A DNA stretch of 64,000 nucleotides. It comes from Negaprion brevirostris (Eukaryota). Each line of letters opens with the position of its first letter. Position 1 is the stretch's first letter. The DNA lies in assembly GCA_030324005.1 (NCBI GenBank), contig JARDVH010000097.1, positions 61,369,278 to 61,433,277 of the forward strand. The letters run 5' to 3'. The notes under the pieces were generated by a model that was not told the origin of the DNA, did no database searches, and worked only from the letters and a program-made list of their open reading frames with translations. The position numbers and the translations under genes were made by a program. Shown here piece after piece: positions 36,363 to 49,128 of the stretch.

Positions 36363-39300
36363 AATATTAAAGCGTGTCCCGCCTCAGTGTTTGTATCTGA
36401 TTAGATGGTTGTCTGTATTTACTGGACTTAAAAAAATGTATGGTTTGTGTAAACGCTTTCGACTTGCATGGGTATCATTCTCGATAAAATAAAACGTTGA
36501 AACTGGAAATAAATACAGCAATTGTGTGCATTGGGAACGTATAAATATTTAAAAGCCTACAGAAGAGTGTCAGAAGATTAGCGTTTGTCACGATTTTTAG
36601 ATTATCTGCAATGAGATTTCGGGTGGACTGTAAAGACTGATTGACTTTGAGCTGGAGGGATTCTGTGCAGGATGAGGTGAGAAAGTGCACATCCATGAGT
36701 AGGGATTAGAATGGATCTGCGGAGAGATTGCAGGTTCTGACACCAGCGGCGGGTCGTTACCGCTGGATCTCTGACCATTAAACGACAAATCCTTTGCTCA
36801 GTAGATCTCCACCGACTGATGCTAATCCTCGGGGATTTACAGCAGAGGGTGTCTTTAGGGAGCACAATTCAATGAGAGTACGTTCACTTTAAATAAAGCC
36901 TGGCGATCTGCTTTCATGCTCATGATGCTACTTGTGTTTTCTAATTAAGTTACTAATTTTAAGGGAACCTCTTCATCCTGCGCACGTGGCTATCCAACCC
37001 ACTCCTGGGTCGTTTGCAGTTCAGTGGCTGGTAATGGATTCGGTGAGTGCTGAGAATTTCAGTGGATGCCAGTGACATCCGCGTTCATTCTGTCAACTAC
37101 AAATCCCGAGATCCCTCAGTGTTGCAGTGAGCGGCCAATGGCTGGCAAAGGGGGCTTGGGACAGGCTGTATTTATCAGCTCTCACTCTGACCTGTCAATG
37201 TGCCACATGACCTCCCAATGCCTCTTNNNNNNNNNNNNNNNNNNNNNNNNNNNNNNNNNNNNNNNNNNNNNNNNNTATTATTGGAAAAAGCTGGCACGGG
37301 AGACCCGAAGGTAGGAGACTTGCTTTTATTTTTATCTTGCCAAAGCCCAAAAGATAAGCTTGAAGACCCAAATCTCTGCTTCACTGGTTCATCCCAACAG
37401 CGGAATTCCTGAACTTCGTGTATTTTTAAAATCAAGATATCACTAAAAACCCGGGTTTCTGTACCGCGAAGCTCTTAACATTTTTGAGTATGTTCGGCAA
37501 CATGATAAGAACAACTCCAAACTCAATAAGCTCAATGGAGAGGAAAAGAGAATTCCCTTCCCTCCCCCTTTACGGATATCTCATGGCCTAGAATCACAAT
37601 TATTGCCAACACTTGCTCAGGGATCTCCTGCCGCCTGGGCAAACCTCCGCGTGAGATCGCAAGTGATCACTCAATCCCGGGTTATTAGATATTTAACGAT
37701 CACGAGATTGAATCGTGTGGAAGAACGGATTCTGGAGACCGATCCCTCTGTAAACCCTGGGGGATTGCAGAGATTGTTCAGTTGATGCCACAGTGACCGT
37801 ATTTCCTGTAGTTTGTTCCATTCGCTGGAGTCTGACACTGATCCCATTAAACTGCTCCACGGCCACATTCGCCCATTTTCAGTCTTTTAACACTGGTCTC
37901 GCTTTCAATCGGAAATATCCCAATGCTATGTTAAAACTCAAAATCAGCATATTATTTAGAACCCCTGTGTTGACTGCATCTTAAGCGGAAATAATGAGCG
38001 ACTGTTCCGATTGTTCAAATGTATTTTAAGTANNNNNNNNNNNNNNNNNNNNNNNNNNNNNNNNNNNNNNNNNNNNNNNNNNNNNNNNNNNNNNNNNNNN
38101 NNNNNNNNNNNNNNNNNNNNNNNNNNNNNNNNNNNNNNNNNNNNNNNNNNNNNNNNNNNNNNNNNNNNNNNNNNNNNNNNNNNNNNNNNNNNNNNNNNNN
38201 NNNNNNNNNNNNNNNNNNNNNNNNNNNNNNNNNNNNNNNNNNNNNNNNNNNNNNNNNNNNNNNNNNNNNNNNNNNNNNNNNNNNNNNNNNNNNNNNNNNN
38301 NNNNNNNNNNNNNNNNNNNNNNNNNNNNNNNNNNNNNNNNNNNNNNNNNNNNNNNNNNNNNNNNNNNNNNNNNNNNNNNNNNNNNNNNNNNNNNNNNNNN
38401 NNNNNNNNNNNNNNNNNNNNNNNNNNNNNNNNNNNNNNNNNNNNNNNNNNNNNNNNNNNNNNNNNNNNNNNNNNNNNNNNNNNNNNNNNNNNNNNNNNNN
38501 NNNNNNNNNNNNNNNNNNNNNNNNNNNNNNNNNNNNNNNNNNNNNNNATTTAATCTAACATTTCTCGGTGAAGGAATATTCATAAATATAGTTCGTGCAC
38601 CAATAATTGAACAGAAATGTTTGATCTGAAGTTGTCTGGGCCTTTCAGAGCGTTGACTCTGATGTGTTGAATCTAAAATGCGCGGTCGCTATTGGAAATT
38701 GACAGTGTACTAAGACATCCACATGTCCAATCCAATCCAATCCTGCTTCCTCCCAATAAATAGCGGGGCGCGCTTTAGAAAGGCCGCTTTAAATCGTTCA
38801 TATACTGTAACCGTTTGGCCTACTATTGTCATGGGATTTTATGTAACCCGCATGCCGCGGCGGGGGTGCGGGGGGGGGGGGAGGAATCCTTCAATTCCTC
38901 CACCATTAAACATCGTTTCTTGTGACAAGTCTCTAATGAGAACTTATCGCCTTAGAATTCCATATAACAAAATGCAGAATTCGAAGGAAGACTCTAGCTG
39001 CTGGCCTGAAAAGGGTTAGCAGAAAGGTTTGAACAAATACATATTGTTTAAAGAAATGGACATGACAAGAGTGCAATAAGCAGCGATAAGGTTTAATATC
39101 ACTGTCTGCGCAGTCAAATAAATGGCAGCCCTGTCACCACAATGGAATAGCAATTGGAACATTCAAAATGTAGAGTACAGGTAGCAAACCTACTTATCCC
39201 GTTCAATCAATGGAAGGACATCGAATCGGTTGGGATTATTGCCACTGATTGATAAACTCTAACCAGCGATGCTGCAGTGTGAAAAACAATTCAAGGGCTA

Positions 39301-40801
39301 AAGCGAGACTAATCCCTCCACCTTTCCGGTAATTACATGCCGAATTAAATAAATTGGGGAAGGGGGGCGAAATAAGATAAAAATAAAAACAAAGTGTTTA
39401 AAATTGTCACTCCTGTGGACTCACCGATTGCAGGGCTGCTCCGTGCACAGTAGCAGCAGCGGACTCTGAAATGTTATAGCAGATTTTCCAATCAGCCCAG
39501 CTTCACAAATGAAACGCCCTAACAAATTAAAATGAGAGTGGCCACATTTCGTATACAACGAAGTCCGGCTGAAAAAAAATCCCGTTTGCTTTATTTAAAT
39601 TGGCACTCGAGTGTCTACAACAGGTCTTTGGAGATCCCGCAGAAAGAAGGGGCTTTCTGCTTTGTTATGGAAACGAGAAATCTGTTTAAAGTGAGGAGCA
39701 GCGACGGCAGACTGGACAGCAACCTCGCATTAATATCATGTAAAGGAAGTTCGTAGCAAGAAACAGAACGCATGGAAATCTTTCCTGTGTGTATTTTCGT
39801 GTGAATCTGTATTATTTCGATGTTAATGCCAATCCTGTTTAAATTTTCTTTTGGAAACGTCATCGATGTTGTGGGTATAGCTTTAAATATTCATACGGAA
39901 AGAATGAATTCTTAAAGGAGAACGCGCGCTAGAATTGCAGATTACCCTTAAAGGTACGCATTCCTAATCGGAATATCTTGGACAATGTGGACATGTGTAT
40001 TTTTCTTCTGCATCATATCAATTCCTTCTTGTTTGGTGTGATCCCATACATACGAATGTAAATCCAGAGCCATCAATCATCCTTAACGATCTAGTCTGGT
40101 CTCACTTTACTAAACCAGTCTCCAGAGACACAGAAAGCTTTTGCCGTGTTTCGGAGCTCCTTGCTCAAAAAGAAAAAAAGCAAACCAGACAGAGCGAGGC
40201 AAAATAAAACCTAAATCTCCAAATCAGAGGATAACCATTACAAATGATCCAAGGTTGACGAATATTCCAAATCGAAACTATTACAATTGATAATTAATTT
40301 AGTAACTGGTTATGTGAAGTGCGTTTACAAACCGAATTTATTTATTTTTTAATGCTGAATAAAATATTCCTGATTGGAAAGGTAAAATAATATGCCAACA
40401 CGCGTTTGGATGTAACAAATTCATTCGGATGTAAGTTTGTTTCAATGTAGAGTACTTTTTTGTTTAAAAGACACATCTGGTAGTTGTGTGTAACAATCAA
40501 TTGCAATAAGCAAAAGTGTTTGTTTTTAATCTGGTCCAGTTAACCTATATTCTGCTATTAGAATGTTAAAATTACCGCAGTAGAAGTTAACCAATGGTTA
40601 GAGTTTTCTTTCAAACACTTCAAAAGGCATCCCTTTCTATATGTACAAAAATCCGCTTCTTGAATGTAATATTTTCCCTAAATCTACTCAATTTACATTT
40701 GTTTGATTGGAGAAGGAACAGATGAGCCTGAAAAGCCCTTGCCAAAGTCTCCAGCGCCATCTAGTGTTAGTATAAGTATTACGTGATATTCGAATCAGTA
40801 G

Positions 40802-41222
40802 AAACATAGAAAGAAGAAGTAGGAATAGGCCATTCTGCCATTTGAGCCTGCTCCGCCATTCATTTTGATCATGGCTGGTCATCCAATTTAATATCCTGAT
40901 CCCCACTTCCTCTCACATCCCTTGGTCCCTTTAGCCTCAAAAGTTATATAGATATATATTCTTCTTGAAGTTGGACAACCTTTTGGCTCAACTACATTCT
41001 GTGGTAGTGAATTCCACACATTCACCATCCTCTGGATGAAGAAATTTCTCCTCACTTCAGTTCTAAGAAGTTTACCCCTTATCCTCAAAGTATGGCCCCT
41101 AGTTCTGGATTCCCCTAATATTGAGAACATTCTTTCTGAATCTACACTGTCTAACCATGTTAGAATTTTCTATGAGTTCCCCTTTCACTCTTCTAAATTC
41201 CAATGAATATAATTCTAACCAG
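40802..41222 (-). mobile_element. CR1 LINE 3' fragment
   Basis: Minus ORF MFSILGESRTRGHTLRIRGKLLRTEVRRNFFIQRMVNVWNSLPQNVVE is the characteristic CR1 ORF2 C-terminus (TRGH..K, FF..RV...WN.LP), followed by the 3' tail. Confidence 0.9.
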
Positions 41223-41749
41223 TTTATTTAGTTCAAAGTCCAAATTGGTGGAAATTTTTGGTGAGCTGAGAACATTTCTATATATTCTATTACACCAAGG
41301 TACACACAATCTGGACAAATGAGTAGTCTAAGATTTGCAATGAAGTGACGATGCTGATGTTTGACAGGAAAGGAAACTGCCCACAAAGATCTAGTGATTG
41401 CTGTGGTATGCGTTCCTCTGTCTTTGACATTAGTTTGCTTCTGCCACTAAGAGGATTCCTAAGTATCAATCAACAGTCGTGTCATTCACTAAGGTAGGCA
41501 ACCATTCTCACGGACAGTAACCCAGGAAGTGAAAGGCACTGATTTGCTTTGAGTTTAATTTTAGAGAGAGGGAAATAACTTGTTGAGCACAGCCATTGAG
41601 TAAAGGCAAAAGTTGAAAAATCATCATCACTTTAATAAACTATATAATTATTAAGTATGTTTATTCTAAAGAGGTTTTTGACATTCTATGCATGTAACAT
41701 TCATTTTCTGGGGCCAGGGAGGTTTTTCAGTCATAATTATATGCTTAAA

Positions 41750-41845
41750 TAAAACAAAAAATACTGGGAAAACTCAGCTGATTTGACAGCATCTATATAG
41801 AGAGGACAGAGTTAATGTTTTGAATCTGTAGGACTTCCTCAGAGC
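41750..41845 (-). mobile_element. Solo Penelope-terminus-like fragment
   Basis: aaaacaaaaaatactgggaaaactcagctgatttgacagcatctatatagagaggacagagttaatgttt is the reverse-complement equivalent of 4905-5000. Confidence 0.55.
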
Positions 41846-42230
41846 TTAGTATCGTGTTACAAACTTCTGGATTTCTGCATTTAATTATATTCCAGAAATT
41901 ATTGTCAGATTCTGAGGAGCAATGATGTGAATGCTGATGGTTTCAAATTATTTATCACCCAAGATAATTTTGAAAACTTCTGATGTTGTAAGAGTTATTG
42001 GACAGCTAAATATGGATATTGCAAATTTGTATGAATAGGATGGCACCATAGGCAGGCACACTGTGATTTATCAAAATAAACTATAGTTCTATGATCTGAG
42101 TACTGTAGTCAATACTGCAATCCAATACTGAATGGGTGTCAACATAACTGAGGCACGTTAGCTCACACCAGACAGTAAATGGGTATTCCATGTGACCATT
42201 CCAGTAATTCAGGTTGATGCTAAATATTTA

Positions 42231-42503
42231 AAGCTTATTCATTTATCACAAGTAGGCTTACACTAACATTGCAATGAAGTTACTGTGAAAATCCCCTAGT
42301 TGCCACATTCCAGAACCTGTTTGGGTACACTGAGGGCAAATTTAGCATAGCCAATGCACCCAACCGGCACATGTTTTGGACTGTGGGATGAAATCAGAAG
42401 ACCCAGAGGAAACCCATGCAGACACAGGGAGTAACCCAAGCTGGGAATTGAACTTGGTACCTTGGCACTGTGAAACAGCAGTGCTACCCATGGCACCACC
42501 ATG
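42231..42503 (-). mobile_element. V-SINE with alternative tail (type B)
   Basis: The reverse complement has the HE1-like head and V core, followed by ccctcagtgtacccaaacagg...ctaggggattttcacagtaacttcattgcaatgttagtgtaagcctacttgtgat. Confidence 0.85.
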
Positions 42504-42524
42504 TTGGCATTATTAAAAAAAGAA

Positions 42525-42715
42525 TCTGAGGAGCTCTCTCAGTGCCTTCTCCAACATTCTTCCTTTAACCAACATAATGAAAAACACATTAACTGGTTAT
42601 TCATTTCATCACTGCATGATCCTGTTATTACAACATGATTGCTAGACTTCCCTATAGAATAGCGACTGTTCCGAAATAATAGATTTGATGTAAAGCACAA
42701 TGAGACATTTCTGGG
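42525..42715 (+). mobile_element. Old Deu-domain-like SINE fragment
   Basis: ggagctctctcagtgccttctccaacattcttcctttaaccaacataatgaaaaacacattaactggttattcatttcat resembles the DeuSINE core GGAGTTCTCCCCGGTGTCCTGGCCAATATTTATCCCTCAACCAACATCACTAAAACAGATTATCTGGTCATT. Highly diverged. Confidence 0.5.
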
Positions 42716-42890
42716 AGAGTTGGTCAAATATCTTTTATTATAACCCCCACATAAATCATTTTAAACCAGCTCCCAATTGATGTGGTTTCACAAAAAACTG
42801 ATGGTACTGAAGCAGAAATTGGCACTTTTATCAAGGTTATATAAATTCATGCAGAGTTTAGGATTAAAGCTCATTACTAAGGCAAACAGG

Positions 42891-43850
42891 AGCAACTTTT
42901 ATTTATATGGTACCTTTAATATACTGAAACAGCCAAGGTGCTTCACAGGAGTATTATTAAAAAACACTGAGTCATATAAGGAGATATTGGGTGGAATTTT
43001 CCTGTCCCACCCACCATGGGAATCATAGCCGGGGGGGGGGGTGGCAGAACGCAGACCATGCAAAGGTCCATTGACCTTGGGTGGGATTTTCTGATCTTGA
43101 GACGAGCGTGGCTGGAAAGTCCTGCCCATTAGGTCCACTTACCAAATGTTTGGTCAAAGAGGTAGATTTTAAGGAGTATCTTAAAGGAGGAAAGTGGGGT
43201 AGAGAGACAGAGAAAAATAGGGAGGGAATTCAACAGCATGGGGTCCAGGCACAGCTATCAATGGTGAAGCAATGAAAACTGTGGATGCACAAGAGACCAG
43301 AATTAGAGGAGCACAAATACCTCAGAGGGTTGTGGGGCTGGAAACAATTACAGTGGTAGGGAGTGGTGACGTAATGGGGGGAATTGGGAATGAAGATGTT
43401 GTTTGACCAGAAACTAAAGTGGGACAGCAAGCACAGGGGAATGGGACTGACTGCAAATTAAGACATGGCCAGTGGAGTTTTGGATGACCTCAAGTTTACA
43501 AAGGATAGAACGTGGGAGGCCAGCCAGGACTGTGTTGGAATAGTTGAATTTAAAAATAGCAAAGGGATGAATGAGGATTTCATCAGCTGATGAGCTGAGA
43601 CAAGGGCAAAGCCAAGCAATGTTACTGAAGTGCAAATAGGCAGCCTTAGTGATGGCATTGGAACCTCATCTCGAGATCAAATGTGGCATCAATATTGTTG
43701 AGAGACTAGCTTAATAATAGACTGCAGAGACAGTAGGTAGGGAGCAGAATCTGGTGCAGACACTGGAAACAATATCTTAATTCTTCCCAATATCTGATTG
43801 GTGCTGGATGTCAAATGCACAGCCCAATAATTGAACAACAATGGAGAGAT
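42891..43850 (-). mobile_element. L2-clade LINE 3' fragment, interrupted by a MITE
   Basis: Minus ORF HFSNIAWLCPCLSSSADEILIHPFAIFKFNYSNTVLAGLPRSILCKLEVIQNSTGHVL matches the L2 ORF2 C-terminal pattern (NIA.IRP.L....ETLIHAF..SRLDY.N.LL.GLP....KL..IQN.AAR.L). The 3' tail near 42891-42950 reads gtgaagcaccttgg...aaaggtaccatataaataaaagttg on the minus strand. Confidence 0.85.
42989..43127. mobile_element. PIF/Harbinger-type MITE with 3-bp target-site duplication
   Basis: Imperfect TIRs GGGTGGAATTTTCC and GGAAAGTCCTGCCC (10/14 match), flanked by ATT at 42986-42988 and at 43128-43130. Confidence 0.75.
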
Positions 43851-44772
43851 TGAAAGGGATGGAGGTTCATTCTGTACCTCACCTACATTGTTCCTCATCA
43901 AGCACTACACTGGCAGTGACATCCAATATTATTTTTTACTCCTTGGAATTGGCATTCCTCCTTTGAAGAGCTATTCTCAGGGAAAAAAATCCTTCAGTAA
44001 CTGAATCCTGTCTTTGAATGGCATTACTAAATTCAGGAGCATATCAGAGAAATTAGCCATTGAAATGTTTTAAGCAGTGAGATATAAAGGTAAAAAGTGA
44101 AATTCCACCCTTTGTCTTTCAGATTAACCCAGGACAATGGATAGCTCCTCAACATTCAGTATCCTTCAGACTATTATTCTTGCCACATTCTGAGATCCAC
44201 ACTCAATGCCATGTGCAGCCTACTGCATGCCCTTTACCTCCCCCTTCAAAAGCATCAATTCACTCTGTCTAAAAGCTGTCCTGATCTTCAGTTTCATTTC
44301 ATCCTTCCTTTACTTCCTCCTTTCAAGTGTGTAGGAAATTAAAAATGTGAAGAAAAGAGCAATTTCACAGACACATTGCACAATGCTTTTTAATGTTTTA
44401 AGACATTATCTCTGTTCAAATAAAATGTTAGGAATGTATCCATTTAATAAGCTGGACTATTGAAATGAACGTGTCTTTAATTCTTCAACAGCTCATAGGT
44501 AATAACACCTCTCCAGATTGTTCTTCCCCTTCACTTGATTTTACGCCATTCTTCTTCTATTCTTACCCCTTGTTGTGTATTCAGAATATCTTTTCACTCT
44601 GACTGTGTACAATCTGTCCTTGGTAAAGGCCTCAGCTTCATCCCCTTACATTCCCAACTCAATGAGTTTTAAATACATGATGCTATTGGTCTGTTGTATC
44701 CCATGCCCAACTCTTTGCCTAGGAGATCCTTTTACCGAGCCCCAGTAATCTCCCTCTACCAGGGCAATCACT

Positions 44773-45016
44773 TTTGGGGACATAGATTTAAGGTAAGGGG
44801 AGGAGATTTAGAGAAGACACAGAAGGTGGTGGCAATCTGGAACTGGGTGGTAGAGGTCAGAACCCTCACAATGTTTAAGAAGCATTTAGATGAGCACTTG
44901 AAACGTCATAATATACAAGGCAACAGACCAAATGCTGGAAAATGGGATTAGAATAAATAGGTGTTTGATGGCCAGCACAGATACAATAGGCTAAAGGGCC
45001 TCTTTTTGTGCTGTGA
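44773..45016 (+). mobile_element. CR1 LINE 3' fragment
   Basis: GHRFKVRGG...KVVAIWN..VVEVRTLTMFKKHLDEHLKRHNIQG, then tail ggccagcacagatacaataggctaaagggcctctttttgtgctgt. Confidence 0.85.
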
Positions 45017-45039
45017 GAATAGTCACATCCCTTTGAACC

Positions 45040-47077
45040 TGTTGCACTCTGCTTCCTCAGATCCAACTTTAACATTGTCATCAAACCTGTTGATAAAATG
45101 GATACTGTTGGCATCTGATAAACCAAACTCCACTTTTCAGAGACCAAATGCCAACTCACTGATGCTTCCGCCGACCTTCCTTGGCCCATTATCTCACCAC
45201 TGCACACCAAAGCATCATCTCCTGGTCTGTCATTGACCTCATCACCTCTGGAGCCTTTCCCTCCATAGTTTTCCAACATACACAGTATCTTCTACAACCT
45301 TCCAAAGATTCACAAACTGAATGACCTTGATCAATTTATTGATTCAGCTTAGTCCTGCCTCACCAAACTGATTTCTTCCTATCGACTGTACTAATTTCTC
45401 CTGTGCCCAGCCTCTTCCCACCTCCATCTGTGTCTCTTCTGACGCTGTCCATCACTTTAAAACCTCCTAATTTTCTGGCCCTAACCATCTCCTTTTTGTC
45501 ATGGTTGCCCAATCTCCTGACAACACCAGTCCCCCTTCCACCGGGATGGTGTGAGCAAACTCTGCTTCATCCTTGAATAGAGGCCCAGCCACTTTCCATC
45601 TACCACTACTCTCCTCTGCCTGACTGAAATTCTCACATTGAACAACTTCTCCTTTAACTCACTTACTATCTCCAAATAGCAGGCATTATTGTGGGTACCT
45701 ACATGAGTCCTTTGAAGGATATGTGGAACATTTCTTGCTCGAGTTTTACTAGGCCTCCTCCCTCAATCCTTTTTCATTGATGACTGTATCACTGCTGCTT
45801 CCTGCTCTCATCCTGGAATAGGAAATTTCATCCATTTTCCTTCTGATTTCCAATCTCTCATCTACATATGGTCCATCTCCAAATCTTTCATTCCCTTCCT
45901 CAACTGTTCTGTCTCCATTTCTGTGATGGGCCACCAACTAAGAATCATTATAAACTCACTGACTCCCATAGCTACCTTGACTGTACTTCTTCACTGCTTC
46001 CTGTTAAGACTCCATTCCATTCTTCCAGTTTCTCCATTTCCATCACATCTGTTTTGATGATGCATCCTTCCTTACCAACTCTTCTGATATGTCTCTCCTT
46101 TTCCTCACCTGAAGACATGGTGGACAGAATCCTTGATCCTGTCAATCTCACTTCCTGCATTTTTGTTCTCATCCCTTTCTCCGAGGATCACATTAGGCTT
46201 CCTCTTNNNNNNNNNNCCTCACCTCCACTAATTTACAAATTCAATGGATTATGCTCTACCATTCCTGCTACCCAGCATGATGCAACCTCTATACACATCT
46301 TCCCCTTTCCTGCAAAGGGCTGTTCCCTCTGTGATACCCTTACTGACTCCTCAACCATCTCCAACATCCCTTTCCTTACCTTCTTTCAAGGCAGACGCAA
46401 AAGATAAACATCTACTCCTTCCTCTCTCTTCATCATCCAAGACCCCAAACATTCCTTCCAGGCATAAGAATAGAAAAACATATTTATCCTTCAATTCAGT
46501 TTACTGTATTCACTGCCCAAAGTGATGCCAGCTCTACCTTGGGAGACCAAACATGGATTGAATAAATGCTTAATAGGACACCCCCATTCAGTCCGCAAGT
46601 TTGATCCCAGGTTTCCAGTCCCTCTCCAATTTGCTCTTATGCTGACTTGTCTGTCCTCAGTCTACTGTAGTGTTCAAATGAAAGCTTCATGTAAGCTCAA
46701 GCAACGGCATCTCATATTTTGATAAAACACATGGCAGTCTTCCAGCTCAACATCCAGTTCAATAATTTCAGACCATTATCTCTACTCCCATTTTGTTTCT
46801 TTTCTCTTTGCAGGTTTCAGTTTTACGCTCATTTTTCTCTTGCTTTTGCTTTCAGCGAGCAGTTGTTCATCATTCTGCCATGCACACCTCCTCTAGACAC
46901 ATCTTTTGTCCCTTTTGTTCTGCACCACTAATTCTTTTGTTATTTAATCTCCCCTGTCTTCTGTCCTTTTCACCGGCTTAGAACCTATTGCATTCCTAAC
47001 CTTTTCCAGTCCTGCTGAGCATTTCCAGCAATATCTGTTCTTATTTCAGATTTCCTGCATCCGCTGTAATTTGCTTT
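45040..47077 (+). mobile_element. Degenerate Penelope-like retroelement (RT plus GIY-YIG endonuclease relic)
   Basis: Ordered relic motifs IVIKPVDK (45074-45097), PKIHK (45302-45316), LTLNNFSFN, IDDCI (45776-45790), YKLTDSHSYLD and NSVYCIHCPK...LYLG/ETK (GIY-YIG), with many stops and frameshifts. Terminal cctgctgagcatttccagc...tttcagatttcctgcatccgctgtaatttgcttt. Confidence 0.85.
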
Positions 47078-47818
47078 AATAGATATAAAAATCAGATCGT
47101 TAGAGAGCAACTTATGTGTTATGAGCATTCAGTTGCACGGTGAACTGATTTCCTTCTTATTGGCTACAACTTTGACTTCTGTCCTATAATGGACTTGCTT
47201 TCAAGGTCTTCAAGCAGTTAACAAACCTTTCTCCCAAAACCTGGAAATCATTCCAACAAATTTGTTCTCAGTGAGAGACAAATTGTATCAAACGTTCAGA
47301 GCTGGACCTATCAGACTCAACCTTCCCTTTTCAACCTCCAGGTAAGCTCCTTATTTTCCTCAATTTCATTATTTTCTACACATAATTCATCAGAACATTT
47401 GTTGCTTCCTCCCCGTTTCATAAATTTCTACTGTATGTTGTTGGTTTTAAGTAACCATATTTATATTGTACTTTTTCTCACTTATTGAGGAATTGGATAC
47501 CAGAGGCTGTTCGCTTTTATGAATGCACATAAGATAAATTGTACTCCATTCTCACAGTGCCACCTATTGCAGTCAAGGGTTTCTTCCCTCTGCACCAGCC
47601 AGTTATCCCGCCTTCCATTTACCTTTCAACTGCATATTCAGAAGTTGGAGCAGCTATTGGCATTTACTCTTTTTGTACATGGCCATTTTTAGTTCCAGAT
47701 AACTTACAGATAATAGAAACTTCACTTTCTGCCTGAAACGGATGACATAAAAGTATCAGTGAGCAGTTCAATCATTTCAGTATCGCATCATCTTTTAAAC
47801 TTTACTTATTTCAGCAAT

Positions 47819-48157
47819 GGGCAGCATGGTCGCACAATGGTTAGCACTGCTGCTGCACAGTGTCAGAGACCTAGGTTCAATTCTGGCCTTGGGTCAGTGT
47901 CCGTGTGGAGTTTGCACGTTCTCCCCATGGGTTTCCTCCGGGTGCTCTGGTTTCCTCCCACAGTCCAAAGATGTGCAGACTAGGCGAAATGTCCAATCTA
48001 AATTGCCCCTTAGTATCCAAAGATGAATTAGCCATGGTGAATGTGTGGAGTTATGGTGATAGAGTGGGGGAAGATGATTTAGTTAATATACTCTGTCAGA
48101 GAATTGGTACAGATGCAATGAGCTGAATGGTCTCCTTCTGCACAGTATGGGTTCTAA
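47819..48157 (+). mobile_element. HE1-type V-SINE (tail type A)
   Basis: gggcagcatggtcgcacaatggttagcactgctgc...ggttcaattct, V core, and tail gctgaatggtctccttctgcacagtatgggttct. Confidence 0.88.
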
Positions 48158-48820
48158 GAGACGCTAAAATCCCAGGAGTACGGATTGTCTATTCCTTAGA
48201 AACAATACTGAATTATCAACACGGGGTTCAGGCCATGGCCTAAAATCTCTAAGGAGACCACCGCAACAATCAAAATGTCTGATTTATGCCATTCTTGTCT
48301 ACAGTCCCTCATTGCCCATTTTCAGTTTGGTTTGAATAAGATTTGAGAGGATGTAAGCAACTTCATGATCCTCAGGTGACTACACCAGTTCTGATTTTAG
48401 CTTCTTCTGCCTCCTGCCTAGCATTCTTTATGGACGAGTGCAGATCTCCTTGCGCGATCTAATTGACCTGCATCCTTGGTGGACAACTCATTTCAGGTTG
48501 TACCTTCATTTCTCCTTCAAAGAGCTCTTTGCTCAATTTTTCTTTTAGATGTGTTTTGCCTTACACAATTGACCAGAAAAGAAGCACTTATTTAAGAAAT
48601 GTGCTGAGGATGCCCTAAGAAGAATGCTAGCAGTCAACTGGGACACCCCCCATTCTGATATAAATCCAGAAAAGCTTCTGAACAATTAAGTCAACCATGT
48701 CTATAAATCCTGGAACTGTGCATATTGACTTCCTTCTTTACTTTGACTATTATTATTTTCTTCAAAATGAAGAAAATCCCCAGAGGGGATGAAAACCTAC
48801 TTGCAAGCCCACAATCCTAG

Positions 48821-49128
48821 TAGAATCCTACAGTGCAGAAGGAGGCCATTTGGCCCATTGAGTCTGCAACAATCACAATCCCACCCAGGCCCTATCCCCA
48901 CAACCCCATACATTTACCCTAGCTAGCCCCCCTGACATTAAGAGGCGATCAACACAGCCAATCCACTTAACCCGCACATCTTTGGACTGTGGGAGGAAAC
49001 TGGAGCACCCGGAGTGAACACATGCAGATACAGGGAGAATGTGTAAACTCCAGTGACCCAAGCTGGATGTTGAACTCCGGTCTCTAGTGCTGTGAAATAG
49101 TGCTAACCACTGTGCTGCTGTGCTGCCT
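48821..49128 (-). mobile_element. HE1-type V-SINE (tail type A)
   Basis: tagaatcctacagtgcagaaggaggccatttggcccattgagtctgcaac...catctttggactgtgggaggaaactggagcacccggag...gtgctaaccactgtgctgctgtgctgcc. Confidence 0.9.

Noticed and set aside
37671-37712. Possible pre-miRNA hairpin (tcaatcccgggttatta...taacgatcacgagattga)
   Set aside because: The stem is too short and mismatched for a miRNA precursor, and I recognise no mature miRNA sequence.
38011-38583. Long ORFs at about 38 kb, 52.0-52.7 kb and 56.4-57.0 kb
   Set aside because: Their length is produced by N runs or by repeat sequence, and they contain no recognisable protein motifs.
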